From assembly GCA_051294905.1 (NCBI GenBank), contig CM119371.1:12774001-12838000 (forward strand): a DNA stretch of 64,000 bases, in the 5' to 3' direction. This document shows positions 62,801 through 64,000 of this stretch, one piece after another. How positions within the stretch are numbered: position 1 is the stretch's first letter; each line of letters begins with the position of its first letter. Source of the stretch: Botryllus schlosseri (taxonomy: Eukaryota). Position numbers and translations under genes: made by a program. The notes under the pieces were generated by a model. The model saw nothing but the letters and a program-made list of their open reading frames with translations. It had not been told where the DNA came from and made no database searches.

Positions 62801-64000
62801 TTAGGGTACGATATTTATATGTATTCTGCTATCCTATATTGGGAGCGTAGACTACTACAATATATCTAAAGTACACATTTTCCGTTAGTACTGACTACGC
62901 ATTCATATTCTCTAATCGAGAAACGTAGTTATTAGGTCGAATTATATCGGGGGTCTAAATAAATAGTCCTGGCCCACAACAAGTTTCAGTGTTATGTCGG
63001 CGGCGTTCTTCCCTGCTGAAGATCTCAATTTTGTTGTCACCATACCAGGCTCGTTCTTCGGTAATTTACGGTGACTTTTATCACATGCTGGCTAGGCATC
63101 AAATATAGTTTGAAGTACCGATACAACTACGCTGCTATAGATTTATTTGCTACAATGAAGTAAAACGAAACAGTGAAGACTGCGCGGCCATCCAAATCAT
63201 GTTAGTTCCAAAATGCTCAAGAACTGACGACTATAGCGGAATGAATATGAAAATTTAGCAGTTCGGTTGTCGTAGTTTTTTACTCTGTTTTTACTCTGTT
63301 ATTGACATATCACTGTCAATAACTGAAAATATACAATAATTTACTCCATATTATTTCATTCTGATCTGATCAAAGAAAATAATTCCTTACCGATCTTCCA
63401 TGAATATACTTCTCGCCGATATCGTCGTCACATTGGAAATAGGTGCAATTGCACGGGACAGTAACATATTCACCGGAGGAGTTGGTAACCTATTAATATA
63501 TGTAAAAGTGAATAAATTAATTTCATTATATTTAATGAAAAGAGCTGGCGGTTTTATATTACAGTAACTAATAAAACAGTAGTTCCGTGATTTTAGAAGT
63601 CGGTCCGACAAGAAATTCGATCATGACAACCACCAAAATACAGCAGTCTTCGTTCACGTATATATTTAACGTTCCTGACAAAGATTACTGCGCATTTTCA
63701 ATTTAACTATGCAATGGAAGCGCATATTTCCGTTCACCATGTCACTACATTTACCTCATTTTTGCATTCCTTAATCATCGATACGTTTTGATAGGGTACA
63801 TTGGTGCAGTCGTACCTGGAAATAGATCATAGAATGTAGAAGAAACAGCCATAACTCATTCATTTTAGTGTAATTGGAAACGTGGAAGCGAAACGGGGCA
63901 TTTCGTAAATCAAGAACCGATTTTCCATTGAATGAATACTTCCCGTATAATCAATTTAACATGTATATTTGTCGTCCGGTTGGAACATCACGACTCACCT
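47823..64000 (-). CDS. LDLa-repeat rhodopsin-class GPCR (LGR/RXFP/GRL101-related, LDLa directly abutting the 7TM); 5' part continues beyond the window
   Basis: Phase-consistent exons: donor at 63999; 63815-63755; 63489-63391 (YFQCDDDIGEKYIHGRS); 60760-60631 (VCDGFKDCRSGIDEC..SMIRNKGVMVLVWIF); 52415-52270 (TM1/2, SLSISDLLVG); 52211-52030 (YCDVDIEWRTSTTCSILG..KYRL); 51656-51531 (TM4 SW); 49523-49413; 49343-49122 (FGYYSSHTVCLP, TM5); 48806-48652 (ILATDFLCWFPVCIMG); 48094-47823 (IPINSALNPFLYS..*). Confidence 0.9.
49550..50990. mobile_element. tagggatggtgtgaac-family MITE with a nested tagggctgggc MITE (49667-50181)
   Basis: 16-bp TIRs; inner element TSD aacttcaa / aacttcat; second copy of the outer family at 54167-55409. 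Confidence 0.85.
52956..52991. mobile_element. 36-bp micro-MITE (two 14-bp TIRs plus an 8-bp spacer)
   Basis: cagggatatctaga-tatctagt-tctagatgtccctg flanked by attctcgg twice; the paralogous empty site near 4792 has a single attctcgg. Confidence 0.8.
53048..53335 (+). mobile_element. tRNA-derived SINE
   Basis: 5' GGCGAGA, A box TGGCGTAGTGG, B box GGTTCTAGTCC, caaa-rich tail. Related copies at 54555-54801 (-), 45910-46075 (-) and 24650-24800 (+). Confidence 0.75.
54555..54801 (-). mobile_element. tRNA-derived SINE, same family
   Basis: Minus strand ggcgagatagcatagtgg..gttcgaatcc.., shared 3' body; aatacac on both sides. Confidence 0.7.
57451..58617. mobile_element. Charlie-like hAT MITE; truncated relative starts at 5748
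   Basis: caggggtgggcaaac / gtttgcccaccccgg; 7/8 TSD; 57451-57945 matches 5748-6250. Confidence 0.8.

Overview
Eukaryotic, intron-rich animal DNA. The roughly 57-70 nt introns, the LDLa-only GPCR and the dense hAT MITEs suggest an ascidian/tunicate, which is an inference. Two spliced minus-strand host genes could be rebuilt by hand with every exon phase consistent. (1) An unusual intelectin-like lectin (14 exons, 10218-30684, 5' end unresolved). It has an N-terminal membrane anchor and a 250-aa, six-exon insertion splitting the intelectin domain, and a second intact copy of its last exon lies at 4038-4120. (2) An LDLa-repeat rhodopsin-class GPCR with no LRRs next to the 7TM (47823 to beyond 64000). 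The window also holds an apparently intact 930-aa hAT transposase with its right TIR, and many hAT MITEs with 8-bp TSDs nested up to five deep. Three very recent copies of a composite 2.2-kb non-autonomous hAT carry what looks like a Polinton/Maverick cysteine-protease fragment. There is also a Penelope-like remnant whose inverted pseudo-LTRs contain minimal hammerhead ribozymes, a 36-bp micro-transposon and a tRNA-derived SINE family. All homology calls come from motif recognition, not database searches.
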